The notes beneath the pieces were generated by a model that worked only from the letters and a program-made list of their open reading frames with translations, did not search any database and was not told the DNA's origin. This document shows, one piece after another, positions 9,623 through 20,736 of a stretch of 64,000 nt of DNA. Location: NCBI GenBank assembly GCA_964384105.1, contig CAYLJV010000001.1, positions 96,001 to 160,000 on the forward strand, given 5' to 3'. Position numbers and translations under genes: made by a program. Within the stretch, counting starts at the first letter, position 1. Every line of letters begins with the position of its first letter. The stretch is from Candidatus Hadarchaeota archaeon (GTDB taxonomy: Archaea; Hadarchaeota; Hadarchaeia; Hadarchaeales; JAGGTB01).

Positions 9623-10159
9623 ATGGTTGAAGATATTCCTAAAGCCCATTTTTATGGGAAGAGAATAATAATAGATGATGAATCTCAAGCTAGTAGGGTC
9701 CACCAATATGGCTCTACAGGTAAACCTCTATCTGGTGGCCGCCTTCAGCTTTCTCCTATTGAGGCCCTTTATCTTTTGGAAAAGGATAAAATACAGGTTT
9801 TTAGCGAAAAAGAGAAGAGAGAACTCGGTTTTAATGATCTTTCTTCTATGCTTGTGGAGGATAATCCTGACTTGCTTCTCAAATATAGGGTGTATAGAGA
9901 TCTTAGATCGAGAGGTTTAGTAGTTAAAACCGGACTGAAATACGGGGCCCATTTTAGAGTTTATGCTAGAGGTGAAAGCCCTGGTTCTTCTCACTCGCCT
10001 TATTTAGTCCATGCGATTTCGGAGGATTCAAAACTTACACCACAGGACCTGGCAGGTTCTGTTAGGTTGGCCCACAGTGTTAGAAAAAGAATGATATACG
10101 GTATCGTAGACGATGAAGGGGACATAACTTATTATTCGATAAAAAGGGAGAGTCTGTAA
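9623..10159 (+). CDS. endA: tRNA-splicing endonuclease (178 aa, size of the alpha4 type)
   Basis: LSPIEALYL, KTGLKYGAHFRVY, HSPYLV and RLAHSVRK (Tyr/His/Lys triad). Confidence 0.95.
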   Translation: MVEDIPKAHFYGKRIIIDDESQASRVHQYGSTGKPLSGGRLQLSPIEALYLLEKDKIQVFSEKEKRELGFNDLSSMLVEDNPDLLLKYRVYRDLRSRGLVVKTGLKYGAHFRVYARGESPGSSHSPYLVHAISEDSKLTPQDLAGSVRLAHSVRKRMIYGIVDDEGDITYYSIKRESL

Positions 10160-11260
10160 ATGACTGAGCAAATAGACCCGTGGAGTGAAGTGGTTCCAAG
10201 CGACTATGTTGAGCTGATGGAACAATTTGGGATAGGGTCTTTTGATGATCTCATTGATGATGTTCCCGATCCGAATCATCTGATGCGCAGGAAGATAATT
10301 TTCGGACACAGGGATTTTGATAGAGTTTTGAAGGCTATCAATAAAGGAGAGGACTATGTGGTGATGACTGGATTGATGCCTAGTGGGAAAATGCACCTTG
10401 GTCATAAATTAGTGGTGGATCAGTTAATTTGGTATCTTGAACATGGAGCTACTATATACCTCTGTGTAGCGGATTTGGAATCTCATATAGCTAGGGGTTT
10501 AAGCCTTGAAGAAGCTAGAAATTTTGCAATTGAAGAATATTTGACCAATTATATGGCCCTTGGTCTAGATATTGATAGATGCAAAGTTTACTTTCAGTCT
10601 AAGAGCGACGCAGTTCAAAAACTTGCCTATACTCTGGGTAGGAAAGTTAATTTCAGTGAGCTAAGGGCTATATACGGTTTCGAGAATGATACTGATGCTT
10701 CTCATATTTTTTATCCTATGATAGATGTTGCAGATATTCTTCGTCCTCAGCTGAGGGAGTTTGAAGGACCCAAACCTTCTGTTATTCCTGTTGGGATAGA
10801 CCAGGACCCACACCTTAGGTTGGCTAGGGATGTTGCAGCTAGATTTAAGAGTGATTTTGATTTTGCTCCACCTTCTTCTACCTATCATCGGTTGATGCCG
10901 GGTTTGACCGGAACGAAAATGTCCAGTAGTAATCCCAAGAGCGCCATCTTTCTTACGGATTCTATAGAAGATGTTGAAAAGAAGGTTAAGAGTTCTGTTA
11001 CGGGGGGTCGACATACAGTGGAGGAGCAGAGAGAGAAAGGTGGAAAGCCTGACGAATGTATGATATACGATTTGTATGTTTACCACCTCGTCCCAGATGA
11101 CGAAGAGTTATTGGAGTTGAGAGAAGCCTGTGAATCGGGGGAGGTTATCTGTGGGGAGTGTAAGGAGAAAGCTTTCAAATTTTTGAAAAAATTCCTAAAA
11201 AGTCACCAGGAAAAAAGGAAGAAAGCTCGAGAGAAGGTTAAAGAGTTTATTGAAGAGTAA
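10160..11260 (+). CDS. trpS: Tryptophanyl-tRNA synthetase
   Basis: TGLMPSGKMHLGH, GIDQDPH, KMSSS and C-terminal CGECK motifs. Confidence 0.96.
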   Translation: MTEQIDPWSEVVPSDYVELMEQFGIGSFDDLIDDVPDPNHLMRRKIIFGHRDFDRVLKAINKGEDYVVMTGLMPSGKMHLGHKLVVDQLIWYLEHGATIYLCVADLESHIARGLSLEEARNFAIEEYLTNYMALGLDIDRCKVYFQSKSDAVQKLAYTLGRKVNFSELRAIYGFENDTDASHIFYPMIDVADILRPQLREFEGPKPSVIPVGIDQDPHLRLARDVAARFKSDFDFAPPSSTYHRLMPGLTGTKMSSSNPKSAIFLTDSIEDVEKKVKSSVTGGRHTVEEQREKGGKPDECMIYDLYVYHLVPDDEELLELREACESGEVICGECKEKAFKFLKKFLKSHQEKRKKAREKVKEFIEE

Positions 11261-11310
11261 TTTTGAAGTAAATTCCTTAGTTATTTATATTCTCTTCAAA
11301 ACTTTCTATT

Positions 11311-11373
11311 TGTGCGATGACGAACTTGGCTTTACTGAATTTTTGATGATGTCGATCTTGAGTTCCGAGCACA
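11311..11373 (+). ncRNA. Box C/D guide sRNA
   Basis: Terminal stem TGTGC/GCACA; C box (GC)GATGA 11314-20; D' CTGA 11335-38; C' TGATGA 11344-49; D CCGA 11365-68; TATA-like TTTATAT about 25 nt upstream. Confidence 0.82.
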
Positions 11374-11404
11374 TCTAGTTAGAAGATATTAGAGTCTATT
11401 GAAA

Positions 11405-12151
11405 TCAGTAAATAATCGTTTCTATTCCCTTTTTCTCTAGGACTTCTTTTATCTCTGTAAGTTTTTTGTCACTAACTTTCTCTAGCTTTCGATGAGTGGG
11501 TCGATCTAGAGTATATAGTTGGACTTCTCTCGGATTTATTTTACTAACTACTTCGATCCAGTTCTCCAAGTCCTCATCGACATTACTAAACTCGCCCTTG
11601 AATTTAATTGATTGTATACAAAGTCTATCCACTTTTTTTAAGGCTTCTACTATTTCTCCATATTTGATTTTGAAAGGCCTGTTTATTTCTATGAATTTAT
11701 CTTCCGATCCTACGTCAAGTTTCATTATTGGAAAATCGATTTTATTGATAGTCTTGAGGATTTCTCTTTCCCCAATTCTACTAGAATTTGAGAGAAGGGC
11801 TATTTTTACATTCGAGTACTTATCTCTAACTTTTTTGGTCCTTTCTACTATCTCTGGGAAGTCTGGATGTAATGTTGGTTCACCGTTTCCAGAAAAGGTA
11901 ATGTAAGAGAGTTCATTGTTTATTTTTCTCAGAGCTTTTTCGAGTTTTTCTTCAACTTCGACTGGTCTTGGAACGTTTTCATGATTATATTCTACTAGTT
12001 TTGTTTCAGTTGGCCCATATTGACAGTAAACACAGTCAAAAGAGCAAATTTTTTTTGATTTAGGGGACAGATTCACCCCTAAAGAAGTGCCAAGTCTTCT
12101 AGATCTAACTGGGCCATACAGTATATCCTTTTGTAGTGGTATTCTATCCAT
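11405..12151 (-). CDS. Radical SAM protein (COG0731-like Fe-S oxidoreductase)
   Basis: YGPVRSRRLG-SLG, CSFDCVYC and FSGNGEPTLHP motifs; likely start at ATG 12151. Confidence 0.88.
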   Translation of the reverse strand: MDRIPLQKDILYGPVRSRRLGTSLGVNLSPKSKKICSFDCVYCQYGPTETKLVEYNHENVPRPVEVEEKLEKALRKINNELSYITFSGNGEPTLHPDFPEIVERTKKVRDKYSNVKIALLSNSSRIGEREILKTINKIDFPIMKLDVGSEDKFIEINRPFKIKYGEIVEALKKVDRLCIQSIKFKGEFSNVDEDLENWIEVVSKINPREVQLYTLDRPTHRKLEKVSDKKLTEIKEVLEKKGIETIIY

Positions 12152-12335
12152 TTTTCCCCTAATATTATTCCGAAATACTTGCGATTGATTGTTAAGTGTG
12201 TTCAAATAATATACATGACTTTTGATATTTTGAATCTGTTTTGTATTTCTTTCAAAAGAATAAGAAATCTTGTGAAGGAAACCTTGAAATATTTCAATCA
12301 CCTGTTGCTTGTTAAATAATTAAGAGTAGTCAACT

Positions 12336-13190
12336 ATGCATGTTGTTAGAAAATTTGATCCATGGAAAAACAATCTTTGTACGTGTCCTGAAAAATATTC
12401 TCTTAATCCATACACCGGCTGTGGACATGGTTGCATTTACTGCTATGCTACGTATATACCAAACTTCTACGATCCTAGGAGAAAGAAGAATTTGGTGAAA
12501 AGGTTAGAAAAAGATTTGACTAACATTCCTTCAAATTCAATCATATCAATTTCTAATTCTTCTGATCCGTATACGCCCATAGATAAGAAATATCGGGATA
12601 TGAGAAGATGTCTCGAAACTTTGGTGGACAATAATCTTAGGATATTGATAGTTACGAAGGGAGATTTGATTCTGAGGGATATAGATTTACTTTTAGAAAC
12701 CAGTTCTGCTGTTACTATTACCATTACCACTTTGAAGAAAAATTTAAGTAAAAAACTTGAACCAAATGCTCCAACTCCTCAAAGAAGACTTGAAGTTTTG
12801 GAAAAATTAAACGAAGAAGGTATTTCTACGGGCCTTCGGTTTGATCCGATATTTCCTATGTTGACCGAAGGAGAGATTGGGGATATTATTAAGAAGGGAA
12901 GTGATGTTGGAGTTAATCTCGTAGTCTCATCCACTTTTAAACCCCGTTTTGATTCTTGGAGGAAATATCACGCGACTTTTCCTGAAGTGGCTGAAGATAC
13001 AAAGCCAATGTATTTTGAGGAAGGAGAAAGATTTGGTAATTCCTGGTATTTATCCAAGATTATTAGGGAGAAGATACTCCTCCAGGTTAAAAAGGAGTGT
13101 TTAAAGCGTAATTTACCCTTTGCTACCTGTAGGGAGGGTTTTAATATGAATAGCTCTCCCAGTTGTGACGGTAGTCATCTTTGTTCGTAA
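12336..13190 (+). CDS. Radical SAM protein, SplB/COG1533-like
   Basis: NPYTGCGHGCIYCY, SSDPY, LEPNAP and CCDG-like C-terminal motif. Confidence 0.88.
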   Translation: MHVVRKFDPWKNNLCTCPEKYSLNPYTGCGHGCIYCYATYIPNFYDPRRKKNLVKRLEKDLTNIPSNSIISISNSSDPYTPIDKKYRDMRRCLETLVDNNLRILIVTKGDLILRDIDLLLETSSAVTITITTLKKNLSKKLEPNAPTPQRRLEVLEKLNEEGISTGLRFDPIFPMLTEGEIGDIIKKGSDVGVNLVVSSTFKPRFDSWRKYHATFPEVAEDTKPMYFEEGERFGNSWYLSKIIREKILLQVKKECLKRNLPFATCREGFNMNSSPSCDGSHLCS

Positions 13191-13237
13191 ACGATTTTTT
13201 TGATAAATATTTTCATTGCTAACAAGAAATTACCTAT

Positions 13238-13768
13238 TTGATGAAGAAAGTTTTGATTTTAGTATTTGGTTCTATTGAAGAGGAAAAATCCGTTTTTGAG
13301 AGAATTAGAGATGCTATTACTATGGTTTTCTCTATTTCGGTAGAGTATCATTCGAAGGTTGAGGTTCCTGTGAGTGATTTTAATCAGAAAAGAAATCAAT
13401 ATCATTCCTCTAGTTTCTTGAAAGTAGTTGCGGAAGAAACAAGGGAGGGTCTGGGATTGGGAGTTACTGACTTAGATTTGTATTCTGATAATTTGAATTT
13501 CGTTTTTGGTCAAGCTTCTCCGATGATTCACTCTGCTGTGATCTCTCTTTATCGGTTACGTCCATCTTTTTACGGAGAGGAGGACAAGACCCTTTTCTTA
13601 GAACGTCTGAGAAAAGAAGCAGTACATGAAATCGGTCATGTTTTGGGCCTTTCCCACTGTGATAGTCCGAGCTGTGTCATGTACTTTTCGAATAGTATAT
13701 TGGAGGTAGATAGAAAAGGGATCGAACTATGTGAACATTGTCGTGAAAGACTGAAGAGTATTTATTGA
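13238..13768 (+). CDS. amzA: Archaemetzincin Zn protease
   Basis: HEIGHVLGLSHC-x3-CVM plus C-terminal CxxC. Confidence 0.92.
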   Translation: MMKKVLILVFGSIEEEKSVFERIRDAITMVFSISVEYHSKVEVPVSDFNQKRNQYHSSSFLKVVAEETREGLGLGVTDLDLYSDNLNFVFGQASPMIHSAVISLYRLRPSFYGEEDKTLFLERLRKEAVHEIGHVLGLSHCDSPSCVMYFSNSILEVDRKGIELCEHCRERLKSIY

Positions 13769-13846
13769 ATAACCCTTTCAATATTTTTTAAGAAGTCGTA
13801 CTCTAATTGTAGCGAAAAGTTTTTTAGTACACAATATGGAAACTGA

Positions 13847-14086
<240 letters not shown>

Positions 14087-14132
14087 GTAACAAGATTAAT
14101 AAGCAAATTGGGAAAATTCTAGGTGAGAGAAA

Positions 14133-14378
14133 ATGGTTGATGTGGGATTGGAAATTGGACTGGGTATAGCTGCGATAGCTTCAGGTCTTGCCATAGGAGC
14201 GTCAGGCCTTGGTTCGGGTGTTGGTCAAGGGATAGTAACTCGAGCCGCTGCTCAGGAAGCTGAAGAGGATCCTGGTTTCTTTGGTAAAGGGTTATTATTG
14301 TCAGTATTACCTCAGACTCCCGTAATATTTGGATTAGTGGTAGCTATCTTGATCTTAATAAATTCACAGTTATTTTAA
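14133..14378 (+). CDS. atpK: A-ATPase proteolipid c paralog 2 (no ion-binding Glu; PQTP)
   Basis: GxGxGxGQG single hairpin; Gln occupies the Glu position. Confidence 0.88.
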   Translation: MVDVGLEIGLGIAAIASGLAIGASGLGSGVGQGIVTRAAAQEAEEDPGFFGKGLLLSVLPQTPVIFGLVVAILILINSQLF

Positions 14379-14409
14379 AAATTAAAAATATAATCGGAGG
14401 TAGAAAAAT

Positions 14410-14643
14410 ATGGTTACGTTAGAAGCAGCCGTTGCAACTATCGGTGCAGGTCTTGCTATAGGCGGTGCCGGTCTAGGTTCTGGAATAGGTCAGGGTATTG
14501 CCGCAGCCGCGGCAGCCGGAGCTACAGCTGAGGACCCAGGTTTCTTTGGTAGAGGTTTGGTATTTACAGTGCTTCCAGAAACTCAGGTTATCTACGGCTT
14601 GGTTGTTGCCATACTTATCCTAGCTGGTGTAGGAGTGCTCTAA
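14410..14643 (+). CDS. atpK: A-ATPase proteolipid c paralog 3 (Q...PETQ-x2-Y, Na+-type site)
   Basis: GIGQG in helix 1 and PETQVIYG in helix 2. Confidence 0.93.
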   Translation: MVTLEAAVATIGAGLAIGGAGLGSGIGQGIAAAAAAGATAEDPGFFGRGLVFTVLPETQVIYGLVVAILILAGVGVL

Positions 14644-14650
14644 CGAGTAG

Positions 14651-14696
14651 TAGGTCTCTGATTCTAGCGATAACGCTAGATTTTAGGGGCGGCCTA
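14651..14696 (+). promoter_or_regulatory. Intergenic stem-loop between atpK3 and atpE
   Basis: TCTAGCG-ATAA-CGCTAGA (14663-14680) enclosed by TAGGTC/GGCCTA. Confidence 0.5.
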
Positions 14697-14718
14697 TATT
14701 TTGGGAAGGTAATGAGTT

Positions 14719-15342
14719 ATGAACGGCTTGCAAAAGATAATTCAACAGATTGAAGAAAAATCTGAGAATAGAAAAGAGGCTATTCTTCAAGAAGCTAGAG
14801 AGAAGGCGGAGGAGAAGAAAGAGTCAGCAAAGAAGGAAGCAGAGAGAGAAAAAGAAAAAATAATCGAAAAGGGTAAGAGAGAAGCAGAAATAAGGGGGAG
14901 AAGGATTCTAGCTGGAGTTAGACAGGAGAATAGGCAGAAAAAACTGTCCATTAAGGAAGATATCATACAAGAGGTTTGGGAAAAGTCTGAAGATGAACTT
15001 TTTAGTCTAAAAGATAATGAAGGGAAATATAGAAATGTTTTGAAGCACTTGATCGAAGAAGGGGGAAAAGCTCTGGACGGGGGAGAACTTATTGTTCGCA
15101 TTTCCGAAGATGACGATGGAATATTTTCTAAGAAGATTTTAAAAGATATTTCGAAAGAGATTTCAGAAGAAATAGGAGAAAAGACCTCTATTGAGGTTTC
15201 CTCCGATCTATCTGGTTCTAAAGGAGGCGTAGTAATAGAAAAGAAACAGGGTAATGTCTCTATAGATAATACTTTCGAAGCTAGGATTAAAAGAATGAAG
15301 CAATCTCTCAGACCAAAATTAGCAGAGATATTGTTCGAATAG
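14719..15342 (+). CDS. atpE: A-ATPase subunit E
   Basis: Charged coiled coil plus GGVVI...IDNTFEAR. Confidence 0.93.
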   Translation: MNGLQKIIQQIEEKSENRKEAILQEAREKAEEKKESAKKEAEREKEKIIEKGKREAEIRGRRILAGVRQENRQKKLSIKEDIIQEVWEKSEDELFSLKDNEGKYRNVLKHLIEEGGKALDGGELIVRISEDDDGIFSKKILKDISKEISEEIGEKTSIEVSSDLSGSKGGVVIEKKQGNVSIDNTFEARIKRMKQSLRPKLAEILFE

Positions 15343-15355
15343 CAGGTGTCTAAAA

Positions 15356-16519
15356 ATGGCATTCATTATACCGGGAGTTTCCAGAATTGTGGAGTTCCTG
15401 ATAATATTTTCGATATCTTCAACCGTGATAGCACTTATTCTTGTCGTCCTTTTTCGGATTATCAAAAGGCATGGGGCTTATGCTTATACAAATGCTCGGG
15501 TAAGTGCGATGAAGAAATCGCTTTTTAGAAAAGAAAGGATTAACCCACTTTTGAAAAGCAAGGATCTGCAGAACATGTTAAATCTCCTGAAAGATTCTCC
15601 TTATTCTGAGTATGTTAGGAAGATAAAGGATCCTACTCCTGAGAAAATTGATGAGGCACTAGACAGACATCTTTACGATTCTTATAGGAAGATTTCTTCT
15701 CTGGCTCCTGGAGAACTTAGTGGTATCTACAAAGAAATGAGGAGGATAATGGAAGTTAGGGATATAAAAACTTTGATAGGAGCCAAAATAGCGGGGGTCC
15801 CACCAGAGGAAATTGAGGGTAAGTTGATAGGAACTTTACTCTCTGAGGACGCTTATGAACAAGCTCTTGAGGCCGAGAGTTTAGAGGAAGCCGTCTCTGT
15901 TTTTAAAGACACTGATTACTGGGATTCTATAAACGAGGGTCTGTCCGAAGTTAGAGAAACTGGGAAGATTCTCTCGCTTTGGAATAAAGTAGAAATAAAA
16001 TATTGGAAAAATGTTTGGAGAACTATTAGAACTTCCTCCGACAAGTACGCGAGTGTTATAGAGAAATCTGTTGGGATGGAGGTAGACATTCGAAATATCA
16101 TTACGATTCTTAGATGTAAAGCTGACCGGGTTAATGATGAAGAGATTGGAGAATATATTATACCGATCTACTATAAGCTCAGTCGACAGGATATAGACAA
16201 GGCGATAAAATCAGAGGATACAGAAAAGGCCGCAGCTGTGTTTGAAAGTTCTCCTTATGGTAAGGATATTTCAGAGGCTCTTATAGGATACAGGGAGGCC
16301 GGCTCAATTTTCGTTTTAGAGAATTCTTTGAAGAAATTATTACTCAAGAAGATAAGGAGTTTGGCTATAAAATACTACAGTGGAGCTGGTCCTTTAACTG
16401 GCCTCTTCCATGAGAAGTCTGTTGAGGTTAGCAATCTTAAGACTATAGCTAATGGAATATACGAAGGTTTGGGATCAGAGGAAATAAAGAACAGATTAGT
16501 GGCTCCAGAGGTGGGATAA
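15356..16519 (+). CDS. atpC: A-ATPase subunit C (with N-terminal hydrophobic segment)
   Basis: YAYTNARVSAMK and EVSNLKTIANG motifs; operon position. Confidence 0.92.
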   Translation: MAFIIPGVSRIVEFLIIFSISSTVIALILVVLFRIIKRHGAYAYTNARVSAMKKSLFRKERINPLLKSKDLQNMLNLLKDSPYSEYVRKIKDPTPEKIDEALDRHLYDSYRKISSLAPGELSGIYKEMRRIMEVRDIKTLIGAKIAGVPPEEIEGKLIGTLLSEDAYEQALEAESLEEAVSVFKDTDYWDSINEGLSEVRETGKILSLWNKVEIKYWKNVWRTIRTSSDKYASVIEKSVGMEVDIRNIITILRCKADRVNDEEIGEYIIPIYYKLSRQDIDKAIKSEDTEKAAAVFESSPYGKDISEALIGYREAGSIFVLENSLKKLLLKKIRSLAIKYYSGAGPLTGLFHEKSVEVSNLKTIANGIYEGLGSEEIKNRLVAPEVG

Positions 16520-16843
16520 GTGGAAATAGTAAGCATTACTGATTCTCTTACCGCTAGGGGCCTGAAGTTGGCTGGGGTAAATGAAACATTTGTAGCGGAT
16601 AGCAGAGAAGGGGCCAAGAGGGCGTTCGAGAAAATTTTGGAAATGGATAGTGTTGGCGTAGTTATTATCACTGAACAATTAGCCCAAAAGATAAATAATG
16701 AGTTAACTAATTTTAGAGAAAGCAAGGAGAGAGTGACTCCAATAGTAATTGAGATAAGCGGTCGAGAAGGGCCCGTTGAAGAAAGAAGGAAGGTTATAGA
16801 AAAACTTGTTAAGCGTGCAGTTGGAGTGAAAGTAGAAAGTTAG
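16520..16843 (+). CDS. atpF: A-ATPase subunit F
   Basis: [15 protein letters not shown] and LVKRAVGV motifs. Confidence 0.93.
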   Translation: MEIVSITDSLTARGLKLAGVNETFVADSREGAKRAFEKILEMDSVGVVIITEQLAQKINNELTNFRESKERVTPIVIEISGREGPVEERRKVIEKLVKRAVGVKVES

Positions 16844-16853
16844 GTGTGTGAAT

Positions 16854-18653
16854 ATGGGAGAAATAGCTAGAGTATCCGGACCCGTTATTGTGGCAGATGG
16901 CATGAGAGGTGCCGAAATGAACGAGATTGTTAGAGTGGGGGCCGAGGGGTTAATAGGAGAAATAATTGAGTTAGAGGGAGATACAGCTACGATTCAGGTT
17001 TATGAAGAAACTTCTGGATTAAGACCCGGTGAAAAAGTTGAAAGGACAGGTGAACCCCTTTCCGTTGAGTTGGGACCCGGGCTTATTGGGACTGTTTATG
17101 ACGGGATTCAGAGGCCACTTTCAAAGATTCAGGATAAAGTGGGGAGTTTCATAGAAAGGGGTGTCAAAACAGATTCTTTGCCAAAGGACAAGAAATGGCA
17201 TTTTACACCCGCAAAGGAAAATGAGGGGAAAACTGTTGGAGTGGGTGACGTAGTAGGGGTGGTAGAAGAAACTAGTATGGTAGACCATAAGATTATGGTT
17301 CCGCCCGGTATCGAAGGTGAACTTGTCAAGATTGTCGAAGAAGGGGATTATAAGATTAATGATACGGTAGCTGTTATCTCGACCGAGGATGGAGAAAAAG
17401 AATTGGATATGGTTCAGGAGTGGCCTGTCAGAAAACCTCGTCCTTATGGTGATAAACTAGCTCCAAAAATACCGCTTATTACAGGTCAAAGGGTTGTGGA
17501 CTCGTTCTTCCCCGTTGCGAAGGGTGGAACTGCGGCTATCCCCGGTGGGTTTGGAACGGGTAAAACGGTTATGCTTCACCAGATGGCCAAATGGTCTGAC
17601 ACTCAGATAGTTGTCTATATTGGTTGTGGAGAGAGAGGTAACGAGATGACCGATGTGCTTCTTCACTTCCCTCAGCTTGAAGATCCGAGAACTGGAAAGC
17701 CCCTTATGGATAGGACGGCTTTGATAGCTAATACCTCTAATATGCCTGTTGCTGCGAGAGAAGCTAGTATCTATACTGGCATGACGATTGCAGAGTACTT
17801 TAGAGATATGGGCTATGATGTTGCTCTTATGGCAGATTCGACTTCTAGATGGGCGGAAGCTTTGAGGGAGATTTCAGGACGGCTTGAAGAAATGCCCAGT
17901 GAGGAGGGTTATCCAGCTTATTTAGCTTCACGTTTATCCGAATTTTATGAGAGAGCAGGGAGGGTAACTGTTGCGGGCAACAAAGATGAGAAGGGTTCCG
18001 TAACTGTAACTGGTGCTGTTTCTCCTCCTGGAGGAGACTTTTCTGAACCGGTCACTCAAAACACTCTTAGAATAATAAAGACTTTCTGGGCTCTTGACTC
18101 CGATTTGGCGGATAAAAGGCACTTTCCTGCTATAAACTGGCTTACAAGTTACTCAGGTTACGTTGAAAGAATTGAGAATTGGTGGATTGAGGAAGTCGGA
18201 GAGAATTGGAAGCAATATCGGGATAAGGCGGTATCAATCCTCCAAAAAGAAGATGAGTTAAGGGAAATAGTTCAGTTAGTCGGGCCCGATGCCCTTCCTG
18301 AGCGTGATAGAGCCATTTTGGAGGCTGCGAGTGTTATAAGAGAGGATTACTTGCAGCAAAATGCTCTGCACGAAGTCGATACTTATTGCTCTCCCGAGAA
18401 GCAATTGAGAATGTTTGAAATTACGCTTAAATTTTATGATAAAGTTGTAAGTGCGGTGGAAGAAGGTGCTCCTGTAGATCAGGTAACGAGGCTTCCAGTT
18501 AGGGGGAAGATAGCAAGAATGAAGACTACTCCTGAGGACCAATTTAAAGATGAGGCAAAGAAGATCGAGCAAGAGATAGACTCTCAAATAGAGAGCGTGC
18601 TGAAGGGTCGAGAGGTGGACTCTGAAATTGGGGGATCTTCGGAGAGTGAATAA
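16854..18653 (+). CDS. atpA: A-ATPase catalytic subunit A (no intein)
   Basis: [25 protein letters not shown] and PAINW motifs. Confidence 0.97.
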   Translation: MGEIARVSGPVIVADGMRGAEMNEIVRVGAEGLIGEIIELEGDTATIQVYEETSGLRPGEKVERTGEPLSVELGPGLIGTVYDGIQRPLSKIQDKVGSFIERGVKTDSLPKDKKWHFTPAKENEGKTVGVGDVVGVVEETSMVDHKIMVPPGIEGELVKIVEEGDYKINDTVAVISTEDGEKELDMVQEWPVRKPRPYGDKLAPKIPLITGQRVVDSFFPVAKGGTAAIPGGFGTGKTVMLHQMAKWSDTQIVVYIGCGERGNEMTDVLLHFPQLEDPRTGKPLMDRTALIANTSNMPVAAREASIYTGMTIAEYFRDMGYDVALMADSTSRWAEALREISGRLEEMPSEEGYPAYLASRLSEFYERAGRVTVAGNKDEKGSVTVTGAVSPPGGDFSEPVTQNTLRIIKTFWALDSDLADKRHFPAINWLTSYSGYVERIENWWIEEVGENWKQYRDKAVSILQKEDELREIVQLVGPDALPERDRAILEAASVIREDYLQQNALHEVDTYCSPEKQLRMFEITLKFYDKVVSAVEEGAPVDQVTRLPVRGKIARMKTTPEDQFKDEAKKIEQEIDSQIESVLKGREVDSEIGGSSESE

Positions 18654-18655
18654 AG

Positions 18656-20053
18656 ATGGTTACTACTGAAAAAATAAGAGAATACAAAACTGTGACCGGA
18701 ATCTCGGGCCCCCTTATGGTTGTAGAAGGGGTCGAAGGCGTCGGTTACGATGAGATAGTTGAGATAGAGACACCCGATGGAGAAGAGAAAAGGGGTCAGG
18801 TTCTGGATGCACAGAGAGATAAAGCAGTTGTTCAAGTTTTTGAAGGTACCAGTGGGCTTGATGCTTCGGAGACGAAGGTGAGGTTTACTGGATCGACTAT
18901 GAAATTACCAGTTTCTATGGACCTGATGGGCAGAGTTTTCAGTGGAAGAGGTGAACCAATTGATGGTGGTCCTGAAGTTATTCCCGAGGAAGAGAGGAAT
19001 ATATACGGATCTCCAATTAATCCTACTGCTCGTGACTATCCTACTGACTTCATTCAAACAGGCATATCTGCGATTGATGGGATGAACACTCTGGTTAGAG
19101 GACAAAAGCTCCCAATATTCTCCGTTTCTGGCCTTCCGCACAACGAAATCGCAGCGCAGATTGCTAGGCAGGCGAGGATAATTGGCGAAGAGGAGGACTT
19201 CGCAGTTGTATTCTGTGCTATGGGGATAACTCAAGAAGAAGCTTCTTTCTTCAGAGAAGACTTCGAAGAGACCGGGGCTTTTGAAAGGGTTTCGATGTTT
19301 CTCAATCTTGCGGATGACCCGGCTATCGAAAGGATTGTTACTCCCAGAATAGCCCTTACCGCTGCAGAGTATTTCGCGTTTACCCAGGGAATGCATGTGC
19401 TGGTTATACTTACAAACATGACTAATTATGGAGAGGCTCTTAGGGAAGTTGCTGCTGCTAGAGAGGAGGTTCCAAGCAGGCGAGGATATCCGGGATACCT
19501 GTATACGGATCTTGCTTCTATTTACGAAAGAGCTGGTAGGATACGAGGTAAAGAAGGCTCAGTTACACAGATTCCGATTCTAACTATGCCAAGCGATGAT
19601 ATTACCCATCCAATTCCGGATCTTACAGGATACATTACTGAGGGCCAGTTGGTTATGGAGCGTGAACTAAACCGTAAAGGTATATATCCTCCGATGAACG
19701 TGCTTCCATCCCTTTCGAGATTGATGAAGGATGGAATTGGTGCAGGCAAGACGAGGGAGGATCATATGGATGTATCAAACCAACTTTATTCTGCGTATGC
19801 TGAGGGTAGAGATGTTCGCTCTTTGGTTGAGGTAGTAGGTGAAGAAGCTCTTTCCGAGAGAGATCGAAGATATCTAAGATTCTCGGATAAGTTCGAGAAC
19901 AGTTTCATTAATCAGGGTAGGGACGAAAACAGGGACTTGGAGCAAACTCTCGATCTTGGATGGGAGCTTTTGTCAGAGTTGCCCGAGGACGAGCTAAAGA
20001 GAGTTGAAACCGAGTACATAGAGAAATATCATCCCGATCACAAAGAGGCGTAA
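18656..20053 (+). CDS. atpB: A-ATPase subunit B
   Basis: [21 protein letters not shown] and [11 protein letters not shown] motifs. Confidence 0.97.
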   Translation: MVTTEKIREYKTVTGISGPLMVVEGVEGVGYDEIVEIETPDGEEKRGQVLDAQRDKAVVQVFEGTSGLDASETKVRFTGSTMKLPVSMDLMGRVFSGRGEPIDGGPEVIPEEERNIYGSPINPTARDYPTDFIQTGISAIDGMNTLVRGQKLPIFSVSGLPHNEIAAQIARQARIIGEEEDFAVVFCAMGITQEEASFFREDFEETGAFERVSMFLNLADDPAIERIVTPRIALTAAEYFAFTQGMHVLVILTNMTNYGEALREVAAAREEVPSRRGYPGYLYTDLASIYERAGRIRGKEGSVTQIPILTMPSDDITHPIPDLTGYITEGQLVMERELNRKGIYPPMNVLPSLSRLMKDGIGAGKTREDHMDVSNQLYSAYAEGRDVRSLVEVVGEEALSERDRRYLRFSDKFENSFINQGRDENRDLEQTLDLGWELLSELPEDELKRVETEYIEKYHPDHKEA

Positions 20054-20058
20054 GGATA

Positions 20059-20694
20059 ATGGGGGCTACAGCCGAAAACATCCAGCCCACAAGAGGAGAA
20101 CTTCTAAAGCTAAAAAGACGGATAGATTTGGCCAAGAGGGGTCATGAGCTACTTAGAGAAAAAAGAGATGCTTTGGTTACCGAGTTCTTTGACAATATCG
20201 ATCTTTTGAAGGGTAAGAGGAAGAAAGTAGAGGAGATAATGGGAGAAGCCTTCGAAAAGTTAGTCTCTGCCAAAGTTGTAATGGGATCTCTGGAACTCAA
20301 GAGGGCTGCTGAAGCATCTACGGCCGAACAGGACGTGGAGATCGCTTCCAGAAATATAATGGGTGTAAATGTACCCGTTCTTGAGTTGGGAGATGTTAGA
20401 AGGAAGAATATAGAAAGAGGTTACAGTCTCCAGGATACATCTTCTGAATTGGATGAAGCTTCCAGCAAGTTTGAAGAAGCTCTTGAGGTAATTTTAGAAT
20501 TGGCTGAGGCTGAAGAGACCGTGAAATTGTTAGCTAAGGAGATAGAGAAAACAAAGCGAAGGGTAAACTCCTTAGAGCATGTTTTGATTCCTCGACTCGA
20601 AGAGAGTAGAGATTACATAGAAATGAGATTAGAAGAACAGGAAAGAGAGAATTACTTCAGACTTAAAAGAGTAAAAGAGAAGATTCGAAGTTAA
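20059..20694 (+). CDS. atpD: A-ATPase subunit D
   Basis: PTRGEL and EIEKTKRRVNSLE motifs. Confidence 0.96.
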   Translation: MGATAENIQPTRGELLKLKRRIDLAKRGHELLREKRDALVTEFFDNIDLLKGKRKKVEEIMGEAFEKLVSAKVVMGSLELKRAAEASTAEQDVEIASRNIMGVNVPVLELGDVRRKNIERGYSLQDTSSELDEASSKFEEALEVILELAEAEETVKLLAKEIEKTKRRVNSLEHVLIPRLEESRDYIEMRLEEQERENYFRLKRVKEKIRS

Positions 20695-20736
20695 GACTTT
20701 TCTAGCCGCATTGAGATATGCTTTAAAGGAAGCATA

